Below are positions 1 to 8,428 of a stretch of DNA of 32,000 nt, in pieces. Both the position numbers and the translations under genes were made by a program. The stretch covers positions 25,090 to 57,089 of the forward strand of contig JAUWKS010000019.1 of the NCBI GenBank assembly GCA_030614005.1, written 5' to 3'. This DNA is from Candidatus Heimdallarchaeota archaeon (GTDB lineage Archaea > Asgardarchaeota > Heimdallarchaeia > JABLTI01). Below the pieces are notes generated by a model. That model searched no databases, was not told the DNA's origin, and saw only the letters and a list, made by a program, of their open reading frames with translations. Positions within the stretch are counted from its first letter, which is position 1; each line of letters begins with the position of its first letter.

Positions 1-1365
1 GAGAAATTTAAAACAATCAAACAAATCCTGATAGAAGAATTAGATGTTGATTTCTCGCTCTTAAAAGAGAAGGATCGTGCAGCTGAATATCTTCGTAGAA
101 AAGTCTACGATATCGTTAAAGAGTATTCACTAAAATTGAAGGAAGAATCATTCGATAGAATTCTCTATTATGTTCAGAGAGATCTTTTGGGTTTTGGTAA
201 AATTGAACCTATATTAAAAGATCATATGATTGAAGATATCTCCTGTGATGGTGTCGGAGTACCTATCTATGTCTGGCATAGAAAACACGAATCAATTCCT
301 ACAAACATCAGTTTTGATGACGCAGAAGAATTGGATTCATTTGTTATTAAGCTGGCCCAAAGATCAGGCAGACACATTAGTGTAGCCAATCCAATTGTAG
401 ACGCTTCCCTTGCAGATGGTAGTCGTATCAACATTACTTATGGAAAAGAAGTAACTCAAAGAGGGTCAACATTTACCATCCGTAAATTTAAATCAGATCC
501 AATGACAATAACGGATCTAATCCTTCTAAATACTCTTGATCCATTGATTGGTGCCTTTTATTGGTTTGTTATTGAAAACAGACACTCCGTTATGATTGCT
601 GGTGGAGTTGCCTCAGGAAAAACAACATTACTCAATTGTATTTCAATGTTTATTCTCCCTGATGCAAAAATAGTTTCTATAGAAGATACTGCTGAAATTA
701 ACCTCCCCCATGAAAATTGGATCCCCGCTGTCGCTAGATTAGGTTTCGGGGGAATAGAGAAAGATGGTAGAAAGCGTGGAGAAATATCCATGTTTGACTT
801 GCTGAAAGCTGCCCTCAGGCAGAGACCTGACTATATCCTTGTCGGTGAAATCCGTGGTGAAGAAGCATATATGTTATTCCAATCGATGGCTACCGGTCAT
901 CTTGGTTTATCAACAATCCATGGAGATTCAGTAGAATCAGTAATTCATAGGTTAGAATCAGAACCAATGAACATTCCTAGAACACTCTTACGTTCTCTCG
1001 ACATCGTTGCTGTACAAAGAAAAGTACGTTTGGGTGGTAAATTTATGAGACGAACTGTTGAAGTCACTGAAATTGCAGGAGTTGACCCTGTAACCAACGA
1101 ATTGCTAACGAATCCAGTGTTTAAGTGGAACCCCAAAGAAGATAACTTCACTTTCTATGGTCGTTCTTACATTGTCGAACGAATCCGAGATGGTCTTGGC
1201 AGTTCTGATAAAAAATGCTGGGACGAAATCAACCAAAGAAAAACTGTTCTACGATGGATGGTTAAAAAGAAAGTCAGATACTGGGAAGATGTCAGCACTA
1301 TAGTTCGAGAATATTATAGCAACCCCGAAAAAACATTTGAACGAGCACGAAGAGGACTACAATAA
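1..1365 (+). CDS. Type II/IV secretion system (VirB11/CpaF/FlaI-like) ATPase, 5'-truncated
   Basis: The frame is open from base 1 (EKFKTIKQILIEELDV...), so the true start lies upstream of the window. Walker A GGVASGKTT, Asp box IEDTAE, Walker B YILVGEIRG, His box TGHLGLSTIHG; also EDISCDG and LRQRPD. Confidence 0.93.
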   Translation, partial: EKFKTIKQILIEELDVDFSLLKEKDRAAEYLRRKVYDIVKEYSLKLKEESFDRILYYVQRDLLGFGKIEPILKDHMIEDISCDGVGVPIYVWHRKHESIPTNISFDDAEELDSFVIKLAQRSGRHISVANPIVDASLADGSRINITYGKEVTQRGSTFTIRKFKSDPMTITDLILLNTLDPLIGAFYWFVIENRHSVMIAGGVASGKTTLLNCISMFILPDAKIVSIEDTAEINLPHENWIPAVARLGFGGIEKDGRKRGEISMFDLLKAALRQRPDYILVGEIRGEEAYMLFQSMATGHLGLSTIHGDSVESVIHRLESEPMNIPRTLLRSLDIVAVQRKVRLGGKFMRRTVEVTEIAGVDPVTNELLTNPVFKWNPKEDNFTFYGRSYIVERIRDGLGSSDKKCWDEINQRKTVLRWMVKKKVRYWEDVSTIVREYYSNPEKTFERARRGLQ

Positions 1366-1382
1366 TTCCTTTTCAGCTCTAA

Positions 1383-1421
1383 TTTTGCAAAAACAACAGT
1401 AAAGTTTGCTGTTTTGCAAAA
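1383..1421. other. Two copies of the palindrome TTTTGCAAAA forming an imperfect inverted repeat between ATPase and tadC
   Basis: TTTTGCAAAA at 1383-1392 and 1412-1421, with inner CAG/CTG pairing. Function unknown (hairpin or protein-binding site). Confidence 0.35.
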
Positions 1422-1475
1422 GCACTAAAATTTAAAATAGAGAACGTCTAACAATTAAAGAGGAAGGAATATCCT

Positions 1476-2342
1476 ATGAGCAAAACATTTAGAAGAATAG
1501 CTTATCTTCGTGTCGGAAGATTAGTAGAACCACTATTACCTCGTTTTGAAAATCTTGGAAAATCATTAAGAAAAGCTGATATGGGCGTAAGTTTGCGAAT
1601 GTATCTCGCATCTGCTGTAACGATTACATTTATCGCAGCTTTAGTTGGTTTCCCTATAGCTGTTGGTATTGTCTATTTGTTCGCAAGCCAATTTATTTGG
1701 TGGGTATCAATTTTATTAGGGATTTTGATTCCATTGACAACTTTAACTGGATTCTATATCTATCCTAATTATATCGCAGGCAACCGAAAAAGAGCACTCG
1801 AGTCTTCCCTTCCTACGGCATCTTCATTTATCGCTGCAATGGCTTCTGCAGGAGTTGCTCCTGATAAAGCATTCTTAGCATTGGCTAATGAAAATATTAA
1901 ACTTGAAATAGCTAAAGAAGCAGAAAAAATCACTCGAAATATTGAAATCCTTGGGTTTGATTTACTTAGTGCACTAGAATTAGCAGCAGAAAATTCACCT
2001 TCAAGAGTATATTCAAGTTTCTTAGAAGGATTAGTTTCAGTCGTTATCAGTGGTGGAGATTTAACTAGCTATCTCACTAATGAAACGAAAATGTTAATGC
2101 GCGAAAAGGTTAGAGAAGAAAAAGAATTTATTGAAAGTTTAGGAGTTGTTGCTGAATTATTCTTAGTTATTGGAGTTGTAACTCCTATCTTCTTTGTAAT
2201 TATGCTCGCAGTTCTAGCAATTATGAGCTCTGAATCTGGAGCACAAGGAACAATCCTAATGGCTTTGCTTACTTATGTTTTAATTCCAATTGGAATGACA
2301 GTTATTATTGTCTTAATAGATGGTATGCAACCAACAGATTGA
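1476..2342 (+). CDS. Type II secretion system F / TadC-like membrane platform protein
   Basis: 288 aa with two N-terminal and two C-terminal hydrophobic helices; motifs LESSLP..SFIAAMASAG and SGGDLTSYL; directly follows the T4P ATPase; GAGGA upstream. Confidence 0.88.
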   Translation: MSKTFRRIAYLRVGRLVEPLLPRFENLGKSLRKADMGVSLRMYLASAVTITFIAALVGFPIAVGIVYLFASQFIWWVSILLGILIPLTTLTGFYIYPNYIAGNRKRALESSLPTASSFIAAMASAGVAPDKAFLALANENIKLEIAKEAEKITRNIEILGFDLLSALELAAENSPSRVYSSFLEGLVSVVISGGDLTSYLTNETKMLMREKVREEKEFIESLGVVAELFLVIGVVTPIFFVIMLAVLAIMSSESGAQGTILMALLTYVLIPIGMTVIIVLIDGMQPTD

Positions 2343-2361
2343 TCTAAAAATAGAATACTAA

Positions 2362-2389
2362 ATGGTAGCTTTAACTAACCAACTACCAT
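2362..2389. terminator. Hairpin between convergent tadC and thioesterase genes
   Basis: ATGGTAG (2362-2368) pairs with CTACCAT (2383-2389); a T-tract (CTCTTTTT) follows on the + strand. Confidence 0.45.
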
Positions 2390-2419
2390 CCTCTTTTTAT
2401 TTTCCATTGAATATAAAAC

Positions 2420-2800
2420 TCATAATCTTGCTATGAATTTTTCTTTATTGACAATATGTCTTTCGTGTGTTCCTTCCCCGATTTTATTTTCTCCTTCAAA
2501 AGCTTCAACATCATAAATCAGATGCTTATTCTCGAAGGATGTTAATTTAGCTTTGACGGAAACTTCAACACCTTGTTTCGATGCTCGTAAATGAGAAATA
2601 CATACTTTTGTACCGACAGTTATCCAACCATCTGGTAAATGCTCCTGCGCATGGTTCATTGCTGTATGTTCCATCATTAATATCATTGAAGGAGTTGAGA
2701 GAACAGCTACCTTCCCACTACCAAGCATATCAGCTATGTGTTTTTCTTCTACGGTAAATTTCTCGACGTGAGTTGTATCAACAGGTAAATCAAATTCCAT
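2420..2800 (-). CDS. Hot-dog fold thioesterase, fluoroacetyl-CoA thioesterase (FlK)-like
   Basis: ATG at 2800 preceded by GGTGA. T36 (STP), E44, H70 and R114 have the same spacing as the FlK T42/E50/H76/R120 residues; motifs VGTKVCISH and IGEGTHER. Confidence 0.85.
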   Translation of the reverse strand: MEFDLPVDTTHVEKFTVEEKHIADMLGSGKVAVLSTPSMILMMEHTAMNHAQEHLPDGWITVGTKVCISHLRASKQGVEVSVKAKLTSFENKHLIYDVEAFEGENKIGEGTHERHIVNKEKFIARL

Positions 2801-2906
2801 ATTTTTCACCAATGTAAATCAAATTGCTTCATATTAAAAATTTAACAAAAGTTGTTAAAAGGAATACTACAAATATCTAGAAAAGAGTAAAACTAAGGAG
2901 AGAAAA

Positions 2907-3176
2907 TTAAGCTTCAGTTGAAGCTCTGTTTGTCTCGATAATTTGTTTTCTAAAACATTTGGTACAAAGATAACCACCATAGGGTCTATTGGTCTTGGTG
3001 TGACTTTTAGTTGGTTTAGTGTTATCTTTCATTAATCGTTTCTTGGTGCTAGTAATTTGTTTTTTACAAACAGCACATTTTCCTAGACCAGACTTTACAG
3101 GTACCTTATGTCCTACAGAATCTTTTTTGGGTGGTTTTCGCCAAACTTTCTTGGCAAAACGTTCACTTGGTTTCAT
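2907..3176 (-). CDS. rpl34e: 50S ribosomal protein L34e
   Basis: Basic 89-aa protein with KCAVCK and NRPYGGYLCTKC (eL34 zinc-finger signature); ATG at 3176 after GTGA. Confidence 0.92.
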   Translation of the reverse strand: MKPSERFAKKVWRKPPKKDSVGHKVPVKSGLGKCAVCKKQITSTKKRLMKDNTKPTKSHTKTNRPYGGYLCTKCFRKQIIETNRASTEA

Positions 3177-3481
3177 TAGCTTCACTATTCCGGCATCTAT
3201 TTACTGAACCATATCGTTCGCTATATCGCGAAATTTATTTATCCTTCTTGAATATTGTGTTTGCAATGAAGATTTAAGTGTTACCTTCTTAATGAAAAGT
3301 TCGATTTTATATACACTCTATTACTCTTATTGAGTAGGTAAGTATTAATATTACTCTTTTCTATTTCTCTTTCAGAGAATAAAACAAGGCATTTTATCGA
3401 ATAATAAGAAATCTTTTATTAGATTAAATATGCTTTCTTATCCTAAGAAACAATAAAATAGCTACATAGGAGAAAAACACT

Positions 3482-4060
3482 TTGGGTTGGTTAAGTTTCC
3501 TTGATCCTATTGGAGTATGGTTTAGTCACATCTTTGAAGCCATTGGAATATTATATTCTCCAGGATCAACTTATTTCATAATTTTGTTTAATATAGCAAT
3601 AGCGGTGCTAATGAGTCTACTAACAAAGGCACTTGTAGATGTCAAGAAAATCAGTAGACACCAAAAAGAAATCAAAGTTCACAATGAAAATAAGAAGAAA
3701 GCAATGGATTCTGCTGATAAGAAATTATGGCAAAAAGTTCAAAGAAGAGAAGATTATATTAAGAAAATCCAAAGTGAAATGATGATTCAAAATATGAAAC
3801 CAATGCTAGTTTGGTTTGTTCCTATTACACTTATTTTCTTCCTGATGAGATCAGCCTTTGTCAATATTCCTATTGCTTGGATGCCTTTTAGATTCCCTGA
3901 AATACCTATAATTATACAAAATGTAAAGTATCTTGGTAATATAACTTGGATGGGGTTCACTGGTTGGTATTTCCTAACATCTATTGGTTTGGGAAATTTC
4001 GTTCGGCGCTTTATGGGTGCTACTCCAAGTGCACAACGAGCAGCTGCTACTACAACATAA
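3482..4060 (+). CDS. EMC3/TMCO1 family (DUF106, Oxa1 superfamily) membrane insertase
   Basis: TM1, then a cytosolic coiled coil (ISRHQKEIK...IQSEMM), MKPMLVWFVP, and C-terminal GFTGWYFLTS..G.FVRRFMG; TTG start after GGAGA. Confidence 0.9.
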   Translation: MGWLSFLDPIGVWFSHIFEAIGILYSPGSTYFIILFNIAIAVLMSLLTKALVDVKKISRHQKEIKVHNENKKKAMDSADKKLWQKVQRREDYIKKIQSEMMIQNMKPMLVWFVPITLIFFLMRSAFVNIPIAWMPFRFPEIPIIIQNVKYLGNITWMGFTGWYFLTSIGLGNFVRRFMGATPSAQRAAATTT

Positions 4061-4067
4061 AATGAAA

Positions 4068-4107
4068 TTTGTCCACGAATATTGTGGACAAAAAAATTCT
4101 TTTTCTT
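4068..4107 (+). terminator. Terminator-like hairpin plus T-tract after DUF106
   Basis: TTTGTCCAC (4068-4076) pairs with GTGGACAAA (4084-4092), 7-nt loop, followed by a T-rich run at about 4097-4107. Confidence 0.55.
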
Positions 4108-4258
4108 ATTTTAGAGACAAAAACAGCTTTTTTGCTCAATTAAAATGTAGTAAGAGGTTATTTTATTAGATAACTAATTTAAAGGTTAAACGATTTTTTC
4201 CATTGATAACGAAAATCCTTTTTAGAAGAAACATTCTGCAATTAATCTTGAAAGAACA

Positions 4259-5194
4259 ATGACCAAAACATCATTCCTCGGGAAGAGTTTAGTGTCAATT
4301 CGGGACCTCACTAGAGAGCATATTGATCTAATATTAGATGAAGCCGAAAAGATGGATAAAATTATTGAATCAGGGAAAAAACCTCTTGAAGGCAAAGTAA
4401 TGGTCTCTCTATTTATGGAACCAAGCACAAGAACTCGTTTAAGTTTTGAATCTGCGATGCACCGGTTAGGTGGTGCGGTTATTAGTGTATCTGACCCAAA
4501 ATCTTCTTCTGCTGCAAAAGGTGAAAGCCTTTCAGATACAATCCGAACAGTAGCTAATTATGGTGATGTGATTGTAATTCGTCATCCAATGGAAGGATCC
4601 GCACGGTTAGCAGCAGAGTTTTCCAGTGTACCGGTGATTAGCGGTGGTAGTGGTGCAGAAGAACATCCAACACAAGCACTACTTGACCTTCTTACCTTAA
4701 AGCGTGAATTAAAGGAAATAGAAGGAAAAAGAATAGCGTTAGTAGGCGATTTGAAATATGGTCGAACAGTACATTCCCTTGCGTATTCTTTAGCAAAATA
4801 CAAAGATGTGATAATAGATTTTGTATCTCCCCCCTCATTAAAAATTCGGGACGAAATCAAAACTGACCTTGAAGAAGCAGGATTAGAGTTTCATGAAGAA
4901 GAAAGTCTAAACGAAGTAATCTCGAGAGTAGATGCTATATATATGACAAGAATTCAGAAAGAACGATTTGCTCAAGAAAGTGAATACGCCAAAGTTAAAG
5001 ATGCTTATGTTTTAACTAAAAAAATAATGAAAAAAACAAAAGGTCCAATACCTGTTTTACACCCTCTCCCACGATTAAATGAAATCGATTATGATATGGA
5101 TGAAACTGTTCATGCAGTATATTTCAAGCAAACATTCAATGGAGTATTAACAAGAATGGCACTTCTGAATCTAGTACTTGGGGGAAAAGCATAG
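4259..5194 (+). CDS. pyrB: Aspartate carbamoyltransferase catalytic subunit
   Basis: FMEPSTRTRLSF, SSAAKGESL, HPTQALLD, GDLKYGRTVHS, YMTRIQKERF, HPLPR. Confidence 0.97.
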   Translation: MTKTSFLGKSLVSIRDLTREHIDLILDEAEKMDKIIESGKKPLEGKVMVSLFMEPSTRTRLSFESAMHRLGGAVISVSDPKSSSAAKGESLSDTIRTVANYGDVIVIRHPMEGSARLAAEFSSVPVISGGSGAEEHPTQALLDLLTLKRELKEIEGKRIALVGDLKYGRTVHSLAYSLAKYKDVIIDFVSPPSLKIRDEIKTDLEEAGLEFHEEESLNEVISRVDAIYMTRIQKERFAQESEYAKVKDAYVLTKKIMKKTKGPIPVLHPLPRLNEIDYDMDETVHAVYFKQTFNGVLTRMALLNLVLGGKA

Positions 5195-5221
5195 CAATAT
5201 TATCAAAGGATTTGATGAAAT

Positions 5222-5725
5222 ATGAGCGAAAAAACAACTGATAAAAGTGAACTCAAAGTTTCAAAGATTAAAAATGGAACAGTGATTGATCACATAGCTG
5301 CGGGAACAGCGTTACTTGTACTTGAGATGCTGGGGATTACAGGTAGAGAAGGAACAAAGGTAACACTTTCATTAAATGTGCAAAGCAAGAAAAAAACGAA
5401 AAAAGATATTGTGAAAGTTGAGAATAGGATTCTCGATAAAAAAGAAATTAATCAAATTTCACTTATTAGTCCAAGAGCTACAATTAATGAAATAAAAAAC
5501 TTCACTGTTGTTAACAAATTCAAAGTAGAGTTACCTGAAGAAGTTCATGGATTTCCAAAATGTATCAATCCAAAATGTATTACAAATGCAAGAGAACCAC
5601 CAAAACATTCCTACTTTGTTAAAAGCAGTGACCCATTGAAAATTAGATGTAAATATTGTAACACTAATATGAACAAGCAAGATATTGTTAAAATGTTACT
5701 AAAATATCAAGGGTTAACAAAGTAA
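5222..5725 (+). CDS. pyrI: Aspartate carbamoyltransferase regulatory subunit
   Basis: IKNGTVIDHI, KKDIVKVE, zinc site CINPKCITN...CKYC; follows pyrB. Confidence 0.96.
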   Translation: MSEKTTDKSELKVSKIKNGTVIDHIAAGTALLVLEMLGITGREGTKVTLSLNVQSKKKTKKDIVKVENRILDKKEINQISLISPRATINEIKNFTVVNKFKVELPEEVHGFPKCINPKCITNAREPPKHSYFVKSSDPLKIRCKYCNTNMNKQDIVKMLLKYQGLTK

Positions 5726-5773
5726 CAAAAATAGCAACGACTAAGCTGTATAAAAGAAATTGAAAATTAGAAT

Positions 5774-5799
5774 GTGAAACTGGAAAGAATTCCAGTCAC
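5774..5799. terminator. Hairpin between convergent pyrI and rpl38e
   Basis: ACTGGAA (5779-5785) pairs with TTCCAGT (5790-5796), with outer GTG/CAC pairing and a T-rich run on the right. Confidence 0.5.
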
Positions 5800-5814
5800 T
5801 TTATTATTTTTTTC

Positions 5815-6009
5815 TTAATAATCTACAATTGGTATAGTGATTCTTGCTCGAATTGCTTCGGCCTCATTGACTGGGACCTTAATGGTATAGAGTTTGTGTT
5901 TGGTTCTGAATTTTAACTTAACTTCGTCACCTACTCTTTTAACTCTACATTCAGTTGCACGAGCAATGATGTCATCTAATTTTGAAATGTCTTTGATTTC
6001 CTCGGGCAT
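5815..6009 (-). CDS. rpl38e: Ribosomal protein L38e
   Basis: 64 aa. MPEEIKD...A..CRVKR....VKLKFRTKHKLYT matches the eL38 pattern (MP.KI.EIK.F...VKFKVRCSRYLYT). Confidence 0.85.
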   Translation of the reverse strand: MPEEIKDISKLDDIIARATECRVKRVGDEVKLKFRTKHKLYTIKVPVNEAEAIRARITIPIVDY

Positions 6010-6117
6010 TGGTTTTCACATCATTTGTTTTTTTATTTCTATTTGATTTACAAAATGGACGAGTATTTAAGAGTTTGTTTAAGAAAGAATTTTAGAAATA
6101 GTTAAAGCTGTTGCTTA

Positions 6118-7398
6118 TTACAACAGCTGTTGACCATAACTAATATCTTGCATAACAAGACCAGAAATCATTTTTGGGTAGAAATCAGTTGATTTTTGAG
6201 GCATTCGTTCATTGTTCTTAGATGCATCAAGTACTTGTGAGGCTTTTGTTGAATTCATAATTACTGCAATAGTTGCTTTGCCATCATCAACTTTTTTCAA
6301 AGCATCGTCTAACCATCGAATATAGAAGATACTTTCATTTATTTTGAGGTTTTTTGTTTTGAGGATACCATTGAAAATAAGTTCACGAACGATTACAACA
6401 TCTAATTCTTTATAGGAATCTGCATGTTCTTCTTTCAAGAATTTGTCAATAGATTTGGTGTCTTTCAAAACTAAACCATAGGTTTTACCCTCAGTGTAGA
6501 TAGTGAACGCATGCTTTTCATATGAATCCATAAAAGCTTGAATTTTATCCTTTTCAATGGATGAAACTTCAAAATAGTCTTTGATTTCTTTCCAAGCTTC
6601 TTCTGAAACTTTGTATCCATCGAGAACTCTGTGAGTTGGTAAAACAGTTAAACCTTCATCTTGAACTGCAACCAATAAAGTCATTCTGAAATTAACTGCA
6701 TCATCTTCGGACCAATTTGAGCGAGTGTTGCGAATTGTATCGCTATACCCACAAGCAGTTTCATAACGATGATGTCCATCAGCAACAACAATTTGTCCAG
6801 GGGGAATTTCAAAGACTTCTTGAATAATCTTGATTTTATCTGGGTCTTCTAATTTCCAAACTCTATTGCGAACACCCAAACTGTCAATAACATCCATTAT
6901 CGGTTCTGATGTAGCAATTTCATCAAAAATTTTGATGGTTGCTTTCTCAGGATCATTATAAAGCATAAATCCAGGCTCTAAGAATGTTTGAGTGGCTTTC
7001 AACATATTTAAACGATCTATTTTTGGACCTTTGTGTGTCCATTCGTGTGGAAGAACAATTCCTCTTTCAAAGTGAGTTAATTTAACTGCAGCAAAAAATC
7101 CTTTTCGAATCATTTTCTTGCCATATAATTCAAAATCCTGAAAATAAACATACAGACCTATTTTTTCATCTTGTTCAAAGATATCGTCTGTTTTCCATTT
7201 CTCTAAACGTTCCCCTGAAATTTCATAGCGGTTTTCTTCAATGGGTAAATTCAATCGGCAAAAATTATATTCAGACTTTGCATAATAGTCCTTTTGCATT
7301 TCAGCAGTAATCTTATCATAGGGTTGAACTACGAGATCTACTAAATCTCCTGCTTTCTTAGTATATCGTATACCTCTAAAGGGTCTTATTTCTACCAT
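6118..7398 (-). CDS. DUF1015 family protein (ParB/Srx-like catalytic motifs)
   Basis: IRPFRGIRY start, PYDKI, LPHE (117-119), ADGHHRYET (D207-R211), LPTHR, MPQKSTDFYPK..SGL. Confidence 0.92.
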   Translation of the reverse strand: MVEIRPFRGIRYTKKAGDLVDLVVQPYDKITAEMQKDYYAKSEYNFCRLNLPIEENRYEISGERLEKWKTDDIFEQDEKIGLYVYFQDFELYGKKMIRKGFFAAVKLTHFERGIVLPHEWTHKGPKIDRLNMLKATQTFLEPGFMLYNDPEKATIKIFDEIATSEPIMDVIDSLGVRNRVWKLEDPDKIKIIQEVFEIPPGQIVVADGHHRYETACGYSDTIRNTRSNWSEDDAVNFRMTLLVAVQDEGLTVLPTHRVLDGYKVSEEAWKEIKDYFEVSSIEKDKIQAFMDSYEKHAFTIYTEGKTYGLVLKDTKSIDKFLKEEHADSYKELDVVIVRELIFNGILKTKNLKINESIFYIRWLDDALKKVDDGKATIAVIMNSTKASQVLDASKNNERMPQKSTDFYPKMISGLVMQDISYGQQLL

Positions 7399-7435
7399 CT
7401 TGTTTTTTCACTTCCTTGTTATAAAAAATTGATTG

Positions 7436-7466
7436 TGAAGCTAGAGCAAAAAAAAGCTCAGCTTCA
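7436..7466 (-). terminator. Hairpin with 8-nt homopolymer loop between serA-like gene and DUF1015
   Basis: TGAAGCT/AGCTTCA plus GAGC/GCTC stems with an A8 loop on + (U8 on the transcribed strand); a T-run follows on the minus strand. Confidence 0.4.
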
Positions 7467-7511
7467 ATTTTTAGTATTATATTTAGTGAGGATAATCAAA
7501 AAGTCACTTTT

Positions 7512-8423
7512 TTAAAGCTTTTTCAGCTCTTCGATTACTGCCTCAGCAACTTGAATTCCTGCGCGTTCTTGCCCTTCTTTTGTTTGAGCACCAATATGTG
7601 GACTACCAATAACTTCTTCTAATTCGAGAAGTTTCTTGGAAACATCCAATTCTATTGGTTCCTTTTCCCAAACATCTAAAGCGACACCACGAATTTTGCC
7701 ACTTTTAATTGCATCATATACTGCACCTTCATCAAGTGTGCCACCTCGTGCACAGTTAATAATACAAACACCATCTTTCATTTGGGCAATGGTCTCTTTA
7801 CCAATAAGGTGTTTAGTATCAGGTAGTAATGGCAAATGAAGAGAAATATAGTCTGCTTGAGTGAAAACGTCCACCATTTCACATTGATCAACACATGCTT
7901 CATGAATTTCGACGACATCACAGCCAACAATTTTCATGCCAATAGCATGGGCCTTACGAGCGAGGGCAGAACCAATACGTCCACATCCAACAATACCTAA
8001 AGTCTTGCCAAGGAGCTCAGTGCCTTTAAGTTGCTTCTTCGCCCATTCACCTTTCCGCATAGTTGTTGTAGCTTTTACTATTGGTCTTGCAAGAGCAAAC
8101 ATATAAGCTAATGCAAGTTCGGCAACAGTATCTGTAGTTGCATTTGGAGTATTACGGACAACAATATTGCGTTCTTTACATTTTGCAAGATCAACATTGT
8201 CTAAACCTATGCCTGCTCGACCAACTACTTTTAGGTTTTTAGCTGCTTCTAAAAGGTCACCTTTGACTTTCGTTGCAGAACGAATAACTATAGCATCGTA
8301 TTCACCAATGATTTTTGGAAGTTCATCCTTGGGGATGTCCCATGCTTTGTTTACATCGTATCCAGCAGCTTCTAAAAGTTCGACACCTTTGTCAGCAATT
8401 TTATCTGTAACAATAACTTTCAT
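7512..8423 (-). CDS. serA: D-3-phosphoglycerate dehydrogenase-like D-2-hydroxyacid dehydrogenase, short form without ACT domain
   Basis: ATG at 8423, 6 nt after the aminotransferase stop. RSATKV, RAGIGLDNVD, GIVGCGRIG, INCARGG, ALDVWEKEP, SPHIGAQT; 303 aa ending without a regulatory domain. Confidence 0.8.
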   Translation of the reverse strand: MKVIVTDKIADKGVELLEAAGYDVNKAWDIPKDELPKIIGEYDAIVIRSATKVKGDLLEAAKNLKVVGRAGIGLDNVDLAKCKERNIVVRNTPNATTDTVAELALAYMFALARPIVKATTTMRKGEWAKKQLKGTELLGKTLGIVGCGRIGSALARKAHAIGMKIVGCDVVEIHEACVDQCEMVDVFTQADYISLHLPLLPDTKHLIGKETIAQMKDGVCIINCARGGTLDEGAVYDAIKSGKIRGVALDVWEKEPIELDVSKKLLELEEVIGSPHIGAQTKEGQERAGIQVAEAVIEELKKL

Positions 8424-8428
8424 TGATT

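Noticed and set aside
558-1151. Minus-strand ORFs 558..791 and 945..1151
   Set aside because: Antisense shadows within the well-supported ATPase; no motifs.
3019-3207. 62-aa + strand ORF
   Set aside because: Antisense to rpl34e.
3201-3212. Tiny minus-strand uORF ATG GTT CAG TAA in frame with rpl34e
   Set aside because: The extension it would give is not eL34-like and the ATG at 3176 has its own SD; probably chance.
3984-4860. ORFs 3984..4169, 4222..4428 and 4582..4860
   Set aside because: They overlap DUF106, its terminator or pyrB; no independent coding signal.
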